Shown here: piece after piece, positions 63,563-64,000 of the stretch
Numbering within the stretch: the first letter of the stretch is position 1
Layout of the letters: every line of letters starts with the position of its first letter
Virus record (IMG/VR): IMGVR_UViG_3300034107_000364
From: a virus
Lineage: Duplodnaviria; Heunggongvirae; Uroviricota; Caudoviricetes
Strand: one strand, 5' to 3'
DNA: 64,000 nt
The notes under the pieces: model-generated
The model's database searches: none
What the model saw: the letters and a program-made list of their open reading frames with translations, nothing else
What the model was told of the DNA's origin: nothing
Translations under genes and position numbers: made by a program

Positions 63563-64000
63563 ATGAAAATATTTGTAACATCTAATCTTCAATTGGGAAG
63601 ACCTGGTTCTATTAAAAAATATAAGAGATCACATGCTGATGTAGATCAGATGACTAATGATCTTATATTAAAATGGAATACAGTTGTAAAGCAAGAGGAT
63701 ACAGTGTATCACCTTGGTAACTTTGCACATGACCCAAAAACTGCACAAGATAGTATCACGAGATTAAATGGCACTATTAAATTCATTGAAGGTGACATGG
63801 ATCAAGCAATTGTAACTTTACGAGATCGAGGTCTATTATCACCAAGATGTTCTATAATTAATTGCTTAAGTTTCATAGAAGAACTCAATTGTGCAGTATC
63901 TTATTGGCCTTTGGGTGTATGGCCTAAGAAATCTTCAAAAGCATGGTCTATTATAGGATACCCTGACAAAAAATTTAAATCAGATCCTAAGAATAAGATC
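63563..64000 (+). CDS. Calcineurin-like metallophosphoesterase homolog, degenerate, 3'-truncated by the window edge
   Basis: VTSNLQLG, KWN.VV...DTVYHLGNF and FIEGDMD align with canonical SDxHFGH / LGDF / GNHD. Confidence 0.75.
   Translation, partial: MKIFVTSNLQLGRPGSIKKYKRSHADVDQMTNDLILKWNTVVKQEDTVYHLGNFAHDPKTAQDSITRLNGTIKFIEGDMDQAIVTLRDRGLLSPRCSIINCLSFIEELNCAVSYWPLGVWPKKSSKAWSIIGYPDKKFKSDPKNKI

Noticed and set aside
1-64000. Stop-codon reassignment (code 15 or 4), as in some large phages
   Set aside because: Core genes are full length in code 11, TAG and TGA end genes at sensible positions, and the tRNA has anticodon UGA (Ser), so it is not a suppressor.
1-64000. CRISPR array, transposon or homing-endonuclease insertion
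   Set aside because: No spaced direct repeats, transposase, or HNH/GIY-YIG/LAGLIDADG ORF seen. The TnsA-like fold at 31101 is the normal gp4 head-completion gene, and the only tandem repeat is the coding TPAAK run.

Overview
A 64-kb segment of a very AT-rich, T4-like (Tevenvirinae-style core) large or jumbo myophage. The host is probably Bacteroidota: gene starts have A-rich upstream regions without Shine-Dalgarno motifs, and some promoters carry TAnnTT(A/T)G -7-like boxes. Nearly all genes are on the + strand in standard code 11. (i) 1-9 kb: probable head-internal proteins plus an RNA-handling module with a Ro60/TROVE-like DUF2828-vWA protein, about 380 nt of structured non-coding RNA and a CCA-type tRNA nucleotidyltransferase. 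(ii) 8.9-14.9 kb: a putative DNA base-hypermodification operon (DUF6378, SGNH-like protein, two aGPT-Pplase-like paralogs, LOG, fold-II PLP enzyme, all-alpha dNTP pyrophosphatase). (iii) 14.9-28.3 kb: replication and recombination core, with a family-B polymerase split into two genes separated by nrdB, nrdA and the clamp. (iv) 28.3-57.2 kb: late sigma, head, terminase and tail genes, including a probable frameshifted tail chaperone pair before the tape measure. (v) 57.3-64 kb: tRNA-Ser(UGA) and accessory genes including RNA-end repair domains. Three promoter classes are visible: TGTCA-N11-TATATTAG with an upstream box, GAAAC-N17-TATAA, and GATA(T/A)ATA. All protein family calls come from motif recognition by eye; no database searches were run.
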